Origin: Armatimonadota bacterium
GTDB taxonomy: Bacteria; Armatimonadota; UBA5829; DTLH01
Length of the DNA: 43,511 nt
Direction of reading: 5' to 3'
Assembly: GCA_039680575.1 (NCBI GenBank)
Contig: JBDKSP010000057.1
Coordinates: 1 to 43,511 of the forward strand
The stretch's first letter is position 1. Each line of letters begins with the position of its first letter. Both the position numbers and the translations under genes were made by a program. This document shows, piece by piece, positions 9,763-18,883 of this stretch. The notes below the pieces were generated by a model that did not search any database, had not been told where the DNA came from, and was given only the letters and a program-made list of their open reading frames with translations.

Positions 9763-11768
9763 TAAGCTTCTGTATGTATATTCGCTAATGCATCGATTTC
9801 GGCCAATATCTGGCTGTCCTCGAAGCCTCTTAACTTCGCTGAAAGCGACCGGCAGCCGGCGGCGCAGGTCCCGCAGCCGTGGCAGACGCCTTCGTTGACC
9901 CTTGCCACTGTCCGCATAACCTGGTTTTCGCGGGTCGATTTCGCCCGGTCGACCACTTCGACCATATCTATCGCCGTAAACGGGCATACGCTCGCGCAGA
10001 GCCCGCAGCCGACGCAGGTTTCTTCGTTTATGTAAGCGATCATCGGCTCGGAAGTGAGCGCCTCTTTCGAGAAGAGCCCTGTCACCTTCGACGCCGCGCC
10101 GGATGCCTGTGCTACCGTATCAGGAATATCCTTAGGATACTGGCAGGCTCCCGCAAGATAGATTCCTGCGGTCAGCACCTCGACCGGCCTCAGCTTCGGG
10201 TGCGCTTCAGCGAACCAGTTATACTGGTCTGTCGATATTCCGAGCAGTCTCGCAAGGTCTTTTGCATCGCTCTGAGGCTCCATAGCGGTCGCGAGGACCA
10301 CCATGTCAGCTCTCACCTCGACTGGCTTTCCAAGGAGCGTGTCCGCGCCCCGGACGACCATTTTGCCGTCTTCGGGGAAAATCCGGCTCACCCGGCCCCG
10401 GATATAGGTCGCGCCGTAGTCCTCGATGGTCCTTCGGACGAACTCTTCATATCCCTTGCCGTTTGCGCGGATGTCCATATAGAAAACGTAAGCCTTCGCG
10501 TCGTGCAGCTTGTCTCTTAAGAGCAGCGCGTGCTTGGCGTTATACATGCAGCAGACTTTGGAGCAGTAAGGATAACCGTGCTCGTCGTCCCTCGACCCTA
10601 TGCAGGAGAGGAATACGACGGACTCAGGGACCTTGCCGTCACTTGGCCGCTTGATCTTGCCTTCGGTCGGGCCGGATGCGTTCATCAACCGCTCGAACTG
10701 GATTCCGCTGATGACATCCGGGTACTTTCCGTAGCCGTATTCTCCGAGCTTGGAGTAATCCCAAAGCTTGAACCCTGTCGCAACGACGATTGCGCCGATC
10801 TCTTCGGTCACGATCTCGTCTTCCTGTTCGTAATCGATTGCTCCGGCGGGGCACATCTTCTGGCAGACGCCGCATTTACCCTTGACGAACTGGCGGCAGT
10901 GCTCGCGGTCTATCACAGGGACGTTCGGGACGGCCTGCGGGAACGGGACGTAGATCGCATGCCGCTCGCCGAGCCCTTCGTCGAACTCATTCTTGAGCCC
11001 TTTGACGACGCACTTCTCATAGCAGACGCCGCAACCTGTGCACTTGGTTGAATCGACGCTTCTTGCCTTCTTCCGAATCTTGACCTTGAAGTTGCCGACG
11101 TAACCGGAGACCTCTTCGACCTCGGAATACGACATAATCTGGATATTCGGGTGGCTCGCGCAGTCTACCATCATAGGGGTCAGAATACACGCGGCGCAGT
11201 CGAGCGTCGGGAAGGTCTTATCATACTGGGCCATTCGGCCGCCGATGGAAGGTGTCTTTTCAACGAGGACGACTTTGTAGCCTGCTTCTGCGATGTCGAG
11301 CGCAGCCCTGATTCCGGCCACGCCGCCGCCGATAACCATAGCTTTCTTGGTGAGCGGGATGTCCTTCGTGAAGAGCGGCTCGTCCTTTTTGGCCTTGGCG
11401 GCCATCATGCCGACAATATCGATGGCTTTCTCAGTCGCGGCATCGTGGTCTTCGTGGACCCAGGAGCAGTGCTCTCTGATGTTTGCCATCTCGGCGAAGT
11501 AGGGGTTCAGCCCTTCCTGCTCAATGCAGCGCCGGAATGTAGGCTCATGCAGGCGCGGTGAACACGCCGCCACTACTACGCGGTCCAGCTTGTGCTCCCT
11601 GATGGCCTCCTTTATCAGGTTCTGGCCCGGCTCAGAGCACATATATTTGTAATTAGTGGCAAAAACGACATCGGGAAACTCAGCCGCAGCTTGTGCGACC
11701 TTATCAACATCGACCGTTTTTGCTATGTTCGTGCCGCAGTGGCACACGAAAACTCCGATTCTTGCCAT
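9762..11768 (-). CDS. hdrA: Heterodisulfide reductase subunit A
   Basis: IGVFVCHCG, ANIREHCSWVH, GGGVAG, KTFPTLDC, YCSKVCCM, ferredoxin motifs. Confidence 0.97.
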   Translation of the reverse strand: MARIGVFVCHCGTNIAKTVDVDKVAQAAAEFPDVVFATNYKYMCSEPGQNLIKEAIREHKLDRVVVAACSPRLHEPTFRRCIEQEGLNPYFAEMANIREHCSWVHEDHDAATEKAIDIVGMMAAKAKKDEPLFTKDIPLTKKAMVIGGGVAGIRAALDIAEAGYKVVLVEKTPSIGGRMAQYDKTFPTLDCAACILTPMMVDCASHPNIQIMSYSEVEEVSGYVGNFKVKIRKKARSVDSTKCTGCGVCYEKCVVKGLKNEFDEGLGERHAIYVPFPQAVPNVPVIDREHCRQFVKGKCGVCQKMCPAGAIDYEQEDEIVTEEIGAIVVATGFKLWDYSKLGEYGYGKYPDVISGIQFERLMNASGPTEGKIKRPSDGKVPESVVFLSCIGSRDDEHGYPYCSKVCCMYNAKHALLLRDKLHDAKAYVFYMDIRANGKGYEEFVRRTIEDYGATYIRGRVSRIFPEDGKMVVRGADTLLGKPVEVRADMVVLATAMEPQSDAKDLARLLGISTDQYNWFAEAHPKLRPVEVLTAGIYLAGACQYPKDIPDTVAQASGAASKVTGLFSKEALTSEPMIAYINEETCVGCGLCASVCPFTAIDMVEVVDRAKSTRENQVMRTVARVNEGVCHGCGTCAAGCRSLSAKLRGFEDSQILAEIDALANIHTEA

Positions 11769-11864
11769 TTAATTCCTCTAAGCTATCAGCTTTCAGCTTT
11801 TTTATGCTTATACGCGTTTCTTGCGCCTAGATCGCCGTTATCGGCTTACCTGCTTGTTTATTTA

Positions 11865-12103
11865 GAACCGCGGAGGCGCGGAATGCACGGAATCGCGGAA
11901 TTTTAGATTTACGTATTCCGATTAGCTTACACTACTCCACGATTTTGTATTTACCAGCCGCTTAACATAATCCCCAGGACTTTATGAACCTCTATGGCAC
12001 ATGCGATTATCTTCGAAGTCAATTCCGACTGCGGGTAGCCATGACCGGTTTTCCGCAACCCGTAATTCCGCGTCTCCATATCGCTTCAGTGCCTCCGCGG
12101 TTC
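11865..12103 (-). pseudogene. Internally deleted GxxExxY-family gene flanked by 13-bp inverted repeats
   Basis: 12079-11951 reads ...YPQSELTSKIIACAIEVHKVLG, then DYVKRLVN in another frame; GAACCGCGGAGGC (11865-11877) / GCCTCCGCGGTTC (12091-12103). Confidence 0.75.
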
Positions 12104-12115
12104 AAAAATCACTTC

Positions 12116-12997
12116 TTACTCCGCTGCCGCCTGCTTTCCTATCGCCTTCAGCGCGGAGGATACATCCACCAGATGCTTCTGGAAATAGCCCATCGTCTTC
12201 GGCAGGTCCATCGCAAGCGCCATAAGCTCCGTTATATAGAACGCGGGCAGCCCGAATGCCGTGTTGTAGATCTTTTCGATCTCTTCCTGCCGCATATCCA
12301 GGTTTGCCTGGCAGAGCGGGCAGGCGCACGCTATCGCGTCGGCTCCGGCGTTCTTCGCTCTAAGGAGGATATCGTGCGTCATCTTCTGCACCATATCGAC
12401 TCTGGTAAGCGAGAAGCTCGCGCCGCAGCACTCCGTCTTGTAGTGCCAATCAACCGGCTCGGCTCCGAGCGCCGTCACGATGCTGTCGATAGACTTAGGG
12501 TCCTCCGGGTCGTCGAACCCGACTACCTTCGGCGGGCGGGTGAGCAGGCATCCGTAGTAACTCGCAACTTTCATGCCGGAAAGCGGTTTTCTGACGAGCC
12601 CCGCCAACCTTTCGAGCATCTCCGGCGCGGAAAGCGGGTCGATGAGTGGTCTTACGGATATAGCGCCCGTGTATTTTGCATCGAGCGCGGCATTGATCTT
12701 CTCGGCCAACTCTCCGTTATCCTTCATCGCCATCTCCGCGGATTTCAGCCTGTTATAACAGGCCGCGCAGGGCGCAACGATGTCCAGCCCCATCTTCTCG
12801 GCGATGCCGAGGCTCCTTGCCGGGAGCGCCACAGCCAGCTCGTGGTTTGTGGCATGGGCCGATGTCGCGCCGCAGCAGCTCCAGTCGGGGATTTCCTGAA
12901 GGTCGATGCCCAGAGCTTTGCATACTGCTACGGCCGAGTCACCAAACTCTTTTGCTGTGGAATGCAGCGAACAACCTGGAAAATACGCGAACTTCAT
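12116..12997 (-). CDS. hdrB: Heterodisulfide reductase subunit B
   Basis: Two CCG domains (YFPGCSL..CCGA..CAAC; YYGC..CCGA..CPLC). Confidence 0.95.
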   Translation of the reverse strand: MKFAYFPGCSLHSTAKEFGDSAVAVCKALGIDLQEIPDWSCCGATSAHATNHELAVALPARSLGIAEKMGLDIVAPCAACYNRLKSAEMAMKDNGELAEKINAALDAKYTGAISVRPLIDPLSAPEMLERLAGLVRKPLSGMKVASYYGCLLTRPPKVVGFDDPEDPKSIDSIVTALGAEPVDWHYKTECCGASFSLTRVDMVQKMTHDILLRAKNAGADAIACACPLCQANLDMRQEEIEKIYNTAFGLPAFYITELMALAMDLPKTMGYFQKHLVDVSSALKAIGKQAAAE

Positions 12998-13582
12998 CTA
13001 CTTTGCCGCCATATTCTTAAAAATCTTCTTTACCTCGCCGAGTCCCTTGATTCTTGAAGGGAGCAGCGAGAGTTTACCCCTCAGGAACATCTTGATTCCG
13101 AGAGGAATATCGTTGAATAAGTTACCGGAGAACACTTTGTAGAACCCCAGCATACCGACCTCATACACCCGCCCGTTTCGAGCAACATCCGTAAGAAATT
13201 GCTTGTGGAATACCTCGACGCTTTTTTCCGGGCACTTGATGCCCTCTTTCATGGCGAGTTCGCGGCAGGAATCCATCACTTTTGCGACGGAAAGCCCTCG
13301 CGGGCAGCGGGTGGCGCAGGTCTCACAGCTGGCACACAACCATATTGTGGAGCTGTTCAGAACAGGCTCTTTGCAGCCGATCTGGACCATTCTCATCACT
13401 TGGTTGGGGGAGAGTTCCATTGCAAATGCGGCTGGGCATCCGGCTGTGCACTCGCCGCACTGGTAACATTTGAGGGAATTTTCGCCGCACATGTGCTCGA
13501 TTTGGGCGCTGAACGCGGGGTTCATCTCCGCGCCCTGCACAAAAACGTCGGCGCTGACGGCTTTCTGGCTATCTTGGGTCAT
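12998..13582 (-). CDS. hdrC: Heterodisulfide reductase subunit C
   Basis: CYQCGECTAGCP, WLCASCETCATRCP; ATG at 13582 with GAGG. Confidence 0.95.
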   Translation of the reverse strand: MTQDSQKAVSADVFVQGAEMNPAFSAQIEHMCGENSLKCYQCGECTAGCPAAFAMELSPNQVMRMVQIGCKEPVLNSSTIWLCASCETCATRCPRGLSVAKVMDSCRELAMKEGIKCPEKSVEVFHKQFLTDVARNGRVYEVGMLGFYKVFSGNLFNDIPLGIKMFLRGKLSLLPSRIKGLGEVKKIFKNMAAK

Positions 13583-13780
13583 ATCCTCATCCCTGATCAT
13601 CGGTTGGGCTCGGAAATTTTACTGTGCCCGATTTTGAGTTGACACCGGTCCTGCAGCGTTGCCGGACCAATCCGAAACATGATACAGCGTCTACCGAATC
13701 GGCGTCAATAGCTTCGTTCAAACCAAATTTTCAGCTATCGACCTTCAGCAGCCGGGTTTTTTGACACGAAAAGGGAAATC

Positions 13781-14935
13781 CTATTTATACAACCACTCAA
13801 GATCGAAATATGCAAAACGGGTCTGCTGCAGATGGCCGAGCGGCGGCTCGGTGGCGCAATAGGCAAAGAGCACTCGGTCTCCGACAAATTCCACTGCTGT
13901 ATAGCAGTACCATCCGTCCGGGTTGTCTTCAATCGTCTTTTCATTCTGCCAGGTCTTACCCTCGTCCTTGGAAATGGCGACATTGAGCGGACTTCGCCTC
14001 CACCTGTTTGCGGCGTCCACATTTTTGTGGTCGTTCCAGACAAGTAATAAGTCACCGGTCTTCGGTATACGCTCCAAGGTTGCAGGAGAAAGCGGAGAAA
14101 TGATGCCGGACTTTTCGATAGGGGACCATGTAGCGCCTCCGTCGGTCGACCATGACCTGAGCTGGCACCCCATATCACTCCGCGCAAGAAACATCAGCCT
14201 GCCATCATTCAGTTCGATTACAAGGGGTTCCTGTATACCTCCGCGGCTTTCCTTTGAAGGCTCTATTACACTGCTACGGCGCCATGTCCTGCCGTTGTCA
14301 TCAGAAAGATAGCACATTCCCTTTCCAGGCGTAATATCTAGACCCGTCGGCATCTCCGTAACTACATGCACGGCTGCAGGAATGACCAATCGCCCGCTCT
14401 TCAGCTGGATCACGCGGTCATTATTCACTACATAGTAACCGACTTCGTCATTTATGCACATCATCGGCTCGCTCCAGGTCTTGCCCTCGTCCTCAGATGT
14501 CACCATCATTGGGCGGCAGTCCGAAAGGGAGTGTTTTCTCAGGAAGAAGAGCGCAATCCTGCCGTTTTTCAACCTCAAAAGAGAAACGGACATCAGGTTT
14601 ATCGCCTTTCCATTCTTGAGAACGACTACATCCTCCCTGGACCATGTCTTGCCGCCGTCAGAAGACACTCGGCTCGCCAGATAGCTGTTGCCGTTGTCCT
14701 CCAGGCTATCGGTGAAATGGCTGTATATGAACAGCAGCCGGCCATCCTTGAGCTGGATGAAATCGCCTTCGGAGTTTCTCTCATTGCCGGGGCCGGGCGG
14801 CAGCAGGTTGGTCTTGGTCACATCTTTTCCACCAGCAGTATGAGAGCTTTGAGCTATTCCTATTGAGAAAAGAGATAAAGAAAGCATAACTGCCCCCAAA
14901 AACCAAATTATCATAGTTGTTTTAGTCTTATTCAT
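13781..14935 (-). CDS. Secreted sialidase-family (BNR/Asp-box) protein
   Basis: Signal peptide; five S.D.G.TW Asp-boxes. Confidence 0.9.
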   Translation of the reverse strand: MNKTKTTMIIWFLGAVMLSLSLFSIGIAQSSHTAGGKDVTKTNLLPPGPGNERNSEGDFIQLKDGRLLFIYSHFTDSLEDNGNSYLASRVSSDGGKTWSREDVVVLKNGKAINLMSVSLLRLKNGRIALFFLRKHSLSDCRPMMVTSEDEGKTWSEPMMCINDEVGYYVVNNDRVIQLKSGRLVIPAAVHVVTEMPTGLDITPGKGMCYLSDDNGRTWRRSSVIEPSKESRGGIQEPLVIELNDGRLMFLARSDMGCQLRSWSTDGGATWSPIEKSGIISPLSPATLERIPKTGDLLLVWNDHKNVDAANRWRRSPLNVAISKDEGKTWQNEKTIEDNPDGWYCYTAVEFVGDRVLFAYCATEPPLGHLQQTRFAYFDLEWLYK

Positions 14936-14982
14936 CTTGCATCTCTTTGTTTCCTGATTTCAGAATGCACGTAATCAACAGT

Positions 14983-15060
14983 ATGTCCACAGGTCTTTTC
15001 CACAGGCTTTACGCACAACATCCACAAGCTGCGGCGAAATAACTCCCTGTCTGTGGACAA
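14983..15060. promoter_or_regulatory. Cluster of DnaA-box-like 9-mers
   Basis: ATGTCCACA, TTTTCCACA, TTACGCACA, ACATCCACA and inverted TGTGGACAA. Confidence 0.5.
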
Positions 15061-15063
15061 ATG

Positions 15064-15132
15064 TATGCTGAGGGAATTGATTCTGTACAGACTTCATAGC
15101 CATCTTGAACCTGCCATTCCCGCATCAGCATA
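15064..15132. repeat. Small inverted-repeat element, copy 2
   Basis: GCTGAGGGAATTGA...AACCTGCCATTCCCGCA, homologous to the reverse complement of 257-321. Confidence 0.65.
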
Positions 15133-15164
15133 AAGCTCATCAACTCTGAACCCTTATGGTCTGG

Positions 15165-15950
15165 TTAAGCCGGTCCTCTTGCATCGGGACGGCTGATGTA
15201 GATCACTTCGCAGGGAGGATTAGCGAGCATGTTCGGCATGACCTGGTTCACCAACTCGGCAGTATCGTCGCTTACACGCGCCATGCACACTATCAATATC
15301 TCTGGCTTGACTGCAGCAAAGATCTTCTGGATGCCTTCGCCCAAGGTGCGCGCCCGCTCCACATGCTTAAAAAGTTTGAACTTGTAATGCTTGGCTATTA
15401 CATCTGCATCATCCAGCTTACGCCGGGTCATAGCCTCCGCTTCAGGGAGCGGAGTTGCCAGCGGCATAGTCCGGGGGACCTTCAGGATGTCTACCACGTG
15501 GATCTGGTCTTTTCTCCTGTCTGCCAGCTTGCAGGCAATCTCAGTGGCACGCTGCCAGTCTCCAATCAAAAGCACCAGGCCAATATGTGCATTCCTGTTA
15601 ACTGGTGCTGCAGCCAGGTCTTCAAGCCCAAGTGAGGTCCGAGCATCCTCGATTGTTGGAGCTATCGGAAGCTGAGATACGACGGAACGGATTTTTCTTA
15701 CGACTCCGAGCGCGTTTGTCGGCAGCCCGGCAACGATTATCTTCGCATCCTGCTTCTGGATGTAGCCGATACCGTCCAGAAAAGTCTTCGCTCCCTCTTC
15801 CGTTATTTCGGTAAGCTGACTGCAGTCTATGATAATACCTCTCGGGTGTTCCTCCAGAAGCAGCTTGGCGGCAGTCTGGATAGTCGGCCATTCGTTTTCC
15901 GAAAGGATACCTCTCAGTGTTATAACATCTCTTCTCGCTTCTACTATCAT
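15165..15950 (-). CDS. STAS domain plus universal-stress-protein-like domain fusion
   Basis: N-terminal IIIDCSQLTEITEEG (STAS-like); C-terminal VPRTMPL...ERAR...PPCEVI (USP-like); abuts the transporter stop codon. Confidence 0.7.
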   Translation of the reverse strand: MIVEARRDVITLRGILSENEWPTIQTAAKLLLEEHPRGIIIDCSQLTEITEEGAKTFLDGIGYIQKQDAKIIVAGLPTNALGVVRKIRSVVSQLPIAPTIEDARTSLGLEDLAAAPVNRNAHIGLVLLIGDWQRATEIACKLADRRKDQIHVVDILKVPRTMPLATPLPEAEAMTRRKLDDADVIAKHYKFKLFKHVERARTLGEGIQKIFAAVKPEILIVCMARVSDDTAELVNQVMPNMLANPPCEVIYISRPDARGPA

Positions 15951-17798
15951 CTACTTCTCCAGGTAATACCGAATGTTGGCAACGACTATATTCTTCCTGA
16001 ACAGGAGCGCGAGCTTAAGAAGCAGCCCCGACTGGTTATGCAGTATACCTTGCCAGCGCCTTGCCGGGACAAATTCAGGAATAACAACCGTGACAATATG
16101 TCTTTTCTGTTCTTCTACTACCTCGTCCAGGTATTTGAGAATAGGCTGGACTATCGATCTGTAGGGCGATTCAAGCACTACAAGCGGCACACTCTGCCCC
16201 CATTTCTCCCATCTCTCTTCGATCAGCGCCGTAGCTTCCGGGTCCGCCTCTATATATACCGCGCGGCAGTCCGGCGAAAGCGACTTGGCGTATTGTATGG
16301 CAGGAAGAACACCTTTATGTATACCCGGAACTAGCACGAGGACCGTGTTTTTCATTTCGGGTATCTCCGCCGGCCTTTCCGGAGGGAGTCTGAGCTGGTC
16401 AGCCAACTGCATATAGTGCCGGTTTATCTTAAGCAATATAAGCACCAATACAGGGATAAGGATCACTACGATCCATGCTCCCTCCATAAACTTCGTAACC
16501 GCCATTACCAGAGTGACAGCCGCTGTCACAGTCCCGCCTACTCCGCTTATAACCGCGCTTGTCCTCCAATTATTCTCTTTAAGCCGTCTAATGTGGACGA
16601 CCATGCCGTACTGCGAGAGTGTAAACGACAGGAAGACCCCAACGGCATAAAGAGGAAGCAACGATTGTTCTTCTCCATGAAAAACCATGACCAGCACGCT
16701 CGCCAATACCGCAAGGATCACGATGCCGTTCGAGTAGACAAGCCGGTCGCCGATATTTGCAAGCTGGCGCGGCATGAAACGGTCGTGTGCCAGGATCGAA
16801 CAGAGCCTGGGAAAACCTGCAAAGCTCGTATTCGCAGCAAGTATCAAAATAGCGGCTGTAGCAGCCTGAATGATATAGTAGAACCATCCGTGTCCGGATA
16901 TAATGCTTGCGATCTGAGAAACAACCGTTTCAGTCTCATTCACGGATGGATGGATCTTCAGGTAATTAGCCAGAAGGGATGCTCCCGTAAACAGGACAGC
17001 CAGGATGACTGCCATCCAGACAAGCGTAGTGGCAGCGTTCTTTGACTCCGGCTTTCGAAACGCTTGGACTCCGTTCGATATTGCCTCGACACCGGTCATA
17101 GCCGTACATCCTCCAGCGAACGAGCGGAGGATCCAGAACCAGAATATTGCAGCTGGAAGTTGCAGCGCAGGCGCCGGGGCGAGTGGCGGCGACGGAAGCG
17201 CATGCAGTTCCCCGTTCAAATATTTTATGCCGCCCAGGGCAATCATCGAAACAAAACTGAATATGAACACATAGGTCGGCAGCGCAAATAGAACTCCGGA
17301 CTCCCTCACTCCCCGCAGGTTCGCCAGTGCAATTATAAATATAAATGCGACGCATAGTTCAGCGCGGTAAGGAGCAAGGACATGCCCGGCAGGAGTCGAT
17401 GTAATGGCGGCAACTCCTGCTGCAGTACTTACAGATACCGTCAGCACGTAATCAATCAAAAGCGAAGAGGCAGCAGTAAGCCCTGGTATCTTCCCAAGGT
17501 TATCATGCGCGACAATATATGATCCTCCACCGGAAGGATAGGCGAATATCGTCTGCCTGTAGGACATGGCAACCATTGCAAGCAGAAGCACGATTGCTCC
17601 TGTAATGGGTACCATGTTGTGAAGCGCTAATCCGCCGAGTAACAGATTGCGCATAATCGCTTCCGATGCATATGCGACTGATGACATAGCATCAGAAGCA
17701 AATATGGGAAGAGCCAGAATTTTGGGCAGCCGCTCTTCTGCGGCTCTCCACGTCGGGATAGGTTTCCCGATAAGTAAATGCCTTAATGATATTTTCAT
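15951..17798 (-). CDS. kimA: APC-family KimA/YdaO-like potassium transporter
   Basis: LIGKP, ASDAMSSVAY, YPSGGGSYIV, TGVEAISNGV, SPYRSI, VVIPEFV. Confidence 0.85.
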   Translation of the reverse strand: MKISLRHLLIGKPIPTWRAAEERLPKILALPIFASDAMSSVAYASEAIMRNLLLGGLALHNMVPITGAIVLLLAMVAMSYRQTIFAYPSGGGSYIVAHDNLGKIPGLTAASSLLIDYVLTVSVSTAAGVAAITSTPAGHVLAPYRAELCVAFIFIIALANLRGVRESGVLFALPTYVFIFSFVSMIALGGIKYLNGELHALPSPPLAPAPALQLPAAIFWFWILRSFAGGCTAMTGVEAISNGVQAFRKPESKNAATTLVWMAVILAVLFTGASLLANYLKIHPSVNETETVVSQIASIISGHGWFYYIIQAATAAILILAANTSFAGFPRLCSILAHDRFMPRQLANIGDRLVYSNGIVILAVLASVLVMVFHGEEQSLLPLYAVGVFLSFTLSQYGMVVHIRRLKENNWRTSAVISGVGGTVTAAVTLVMAVTKFMEGAWIVVILIPVLVLILLKINRHYMQLADQLRLPPERPAEIPEMKNTVLVLVPGIHKGVLPAIQYAKSLSPDCRAVYIEADPEATALIEERWEKWGQSVPLVVLESPYRSIVQPILKYLDEVVEEQKRHIVTVVIPEFVPARRWQGILHNQSGLLLKLALLFRKNIVVANIRYYLEK

Positions 17799-18201
17799 AT
17801 TGCCATTTCTATACTCTATTAGGAATCTACAAGTTCCGAATATTTATGGAGTCTCAGGTAATACCTGAAACTCATTGATGTGAAGAAAGTGCCGGCCAGC
17901 AGGGGTAGAACAGATGTGACCTCTGAAGATGACAGACTGAGATTCTTCCAACCTGTACATTTCTTGATCGGGCTGATTAGTTCCTGCGTAAAATAGTATT
18001 TTTTAAATAGTATAAAAATTGCTGTAAATGCTTTCCTTTGGTAGAATACCCGCTGTGGGGAAAATAAGGGCTGCCAGCGTTTCGTTTGCAGAAGGATGTT
18101 GGCAGGTAAACCGCGAATTGTGCGGTTTCAAATTTTAGTTTGAGGTAATCTCTGCGCTGGGAACAGTCAGACTCAAGGCATAAAGAAAGCGGCGAAAGAA
18201 A

Positions 18202-18882
18202 ATGTGGGCATTGAGCAGTGATCGGCTGGAAAAGCCGAAAAAAAGCTTTTTAGTCATCGGAATGGGTTATTTTGGCGAAGCAGTTGCCACAAAGCTCTAC
18301 GAGCTTGGACAGAAAGTCGTTGGTGTTGATAACAATCCGGTGATTGTTCAGCATCTTGCGGACAGGCTTACCCAGGCGATAGAGATGGACGCTACCGACG
18401 AGGACGCCCTGGCTACTTTGGGAGTCCGAAACTTCGATGTGTGTATTGTCGGACGAGGATCCAGCCTCGAAGACAGCGTCACCATCACTATGAACCTGAA
18501 AGAACTGGGAGCCAACTACATAATTGCGAAGGCAATGCGTTCCAAGCACGCCAAGATATTGGAGCAGCTTCAGACGGACATGATAGTCTTCCCTGAGATC
18601 GACATGGCTCATCAGCTTGTGGAAAATTTGGTGCATCCCAAGGTGGTAGGCGAGGTCCAACTGGGAAATGGGTACGAAATCGAGGCGGTTAGGCCGACAA
18701 GAAGGCTGATAGGCCAGACTGTGGCAAGACTGCAGGCTTTACTTCCGGTCGGCGTCAAGTTTATCGGGCTTCACAGGCAGGAGGATTTGTTGATGTCACC
18801 TGACTCGACTGTAATAATCACCGAAACCGACCTTATTCTCGTATGGGGCAGGCACGCAAGGCTTACGGAACTGGAGAGATAA
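18202..18882 (+). CDS. TrkA/KtrA-family RCK protein
   Basis: VIGMGYFG, DATDE, IIAKA, VFPE. Confidence 0.9.
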   Translation: MWALSSDRLEKPKKSFLVIGMGYFGEAVATKLYELGQKVVGVDNNPVIVQHLADRLTQAIEMDATDEDALATLGVRNFDVCIVGRGSSLEDSVTITMNLKELGANYIIAKAMRSKHAKILEQLQTDMIVFPEIDMAHQLVENLVHPKVVGEVQLGNGYEIEAVRPTRRLIGQTVARLQALLPVGVKFIGLHRQEDLLMSPDSTVIITETDLILVWGRHARLTELER

Positions 18883-18883
18883 G

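Noticed and set aside
11984..13057. 357-aa plus-strand ORF
   Set aside because: Antisense shadow of hdrB; the many other overlapping ORFs in the track were dropped for the same reason
17800..18200. c-di-AMP riboswitch expected upstream of kimA or ktrA
   Set aside because: Hallmark GGGGAACC and CCCGTCAGCTAAC segments not found on either strand; only isolated hairpins
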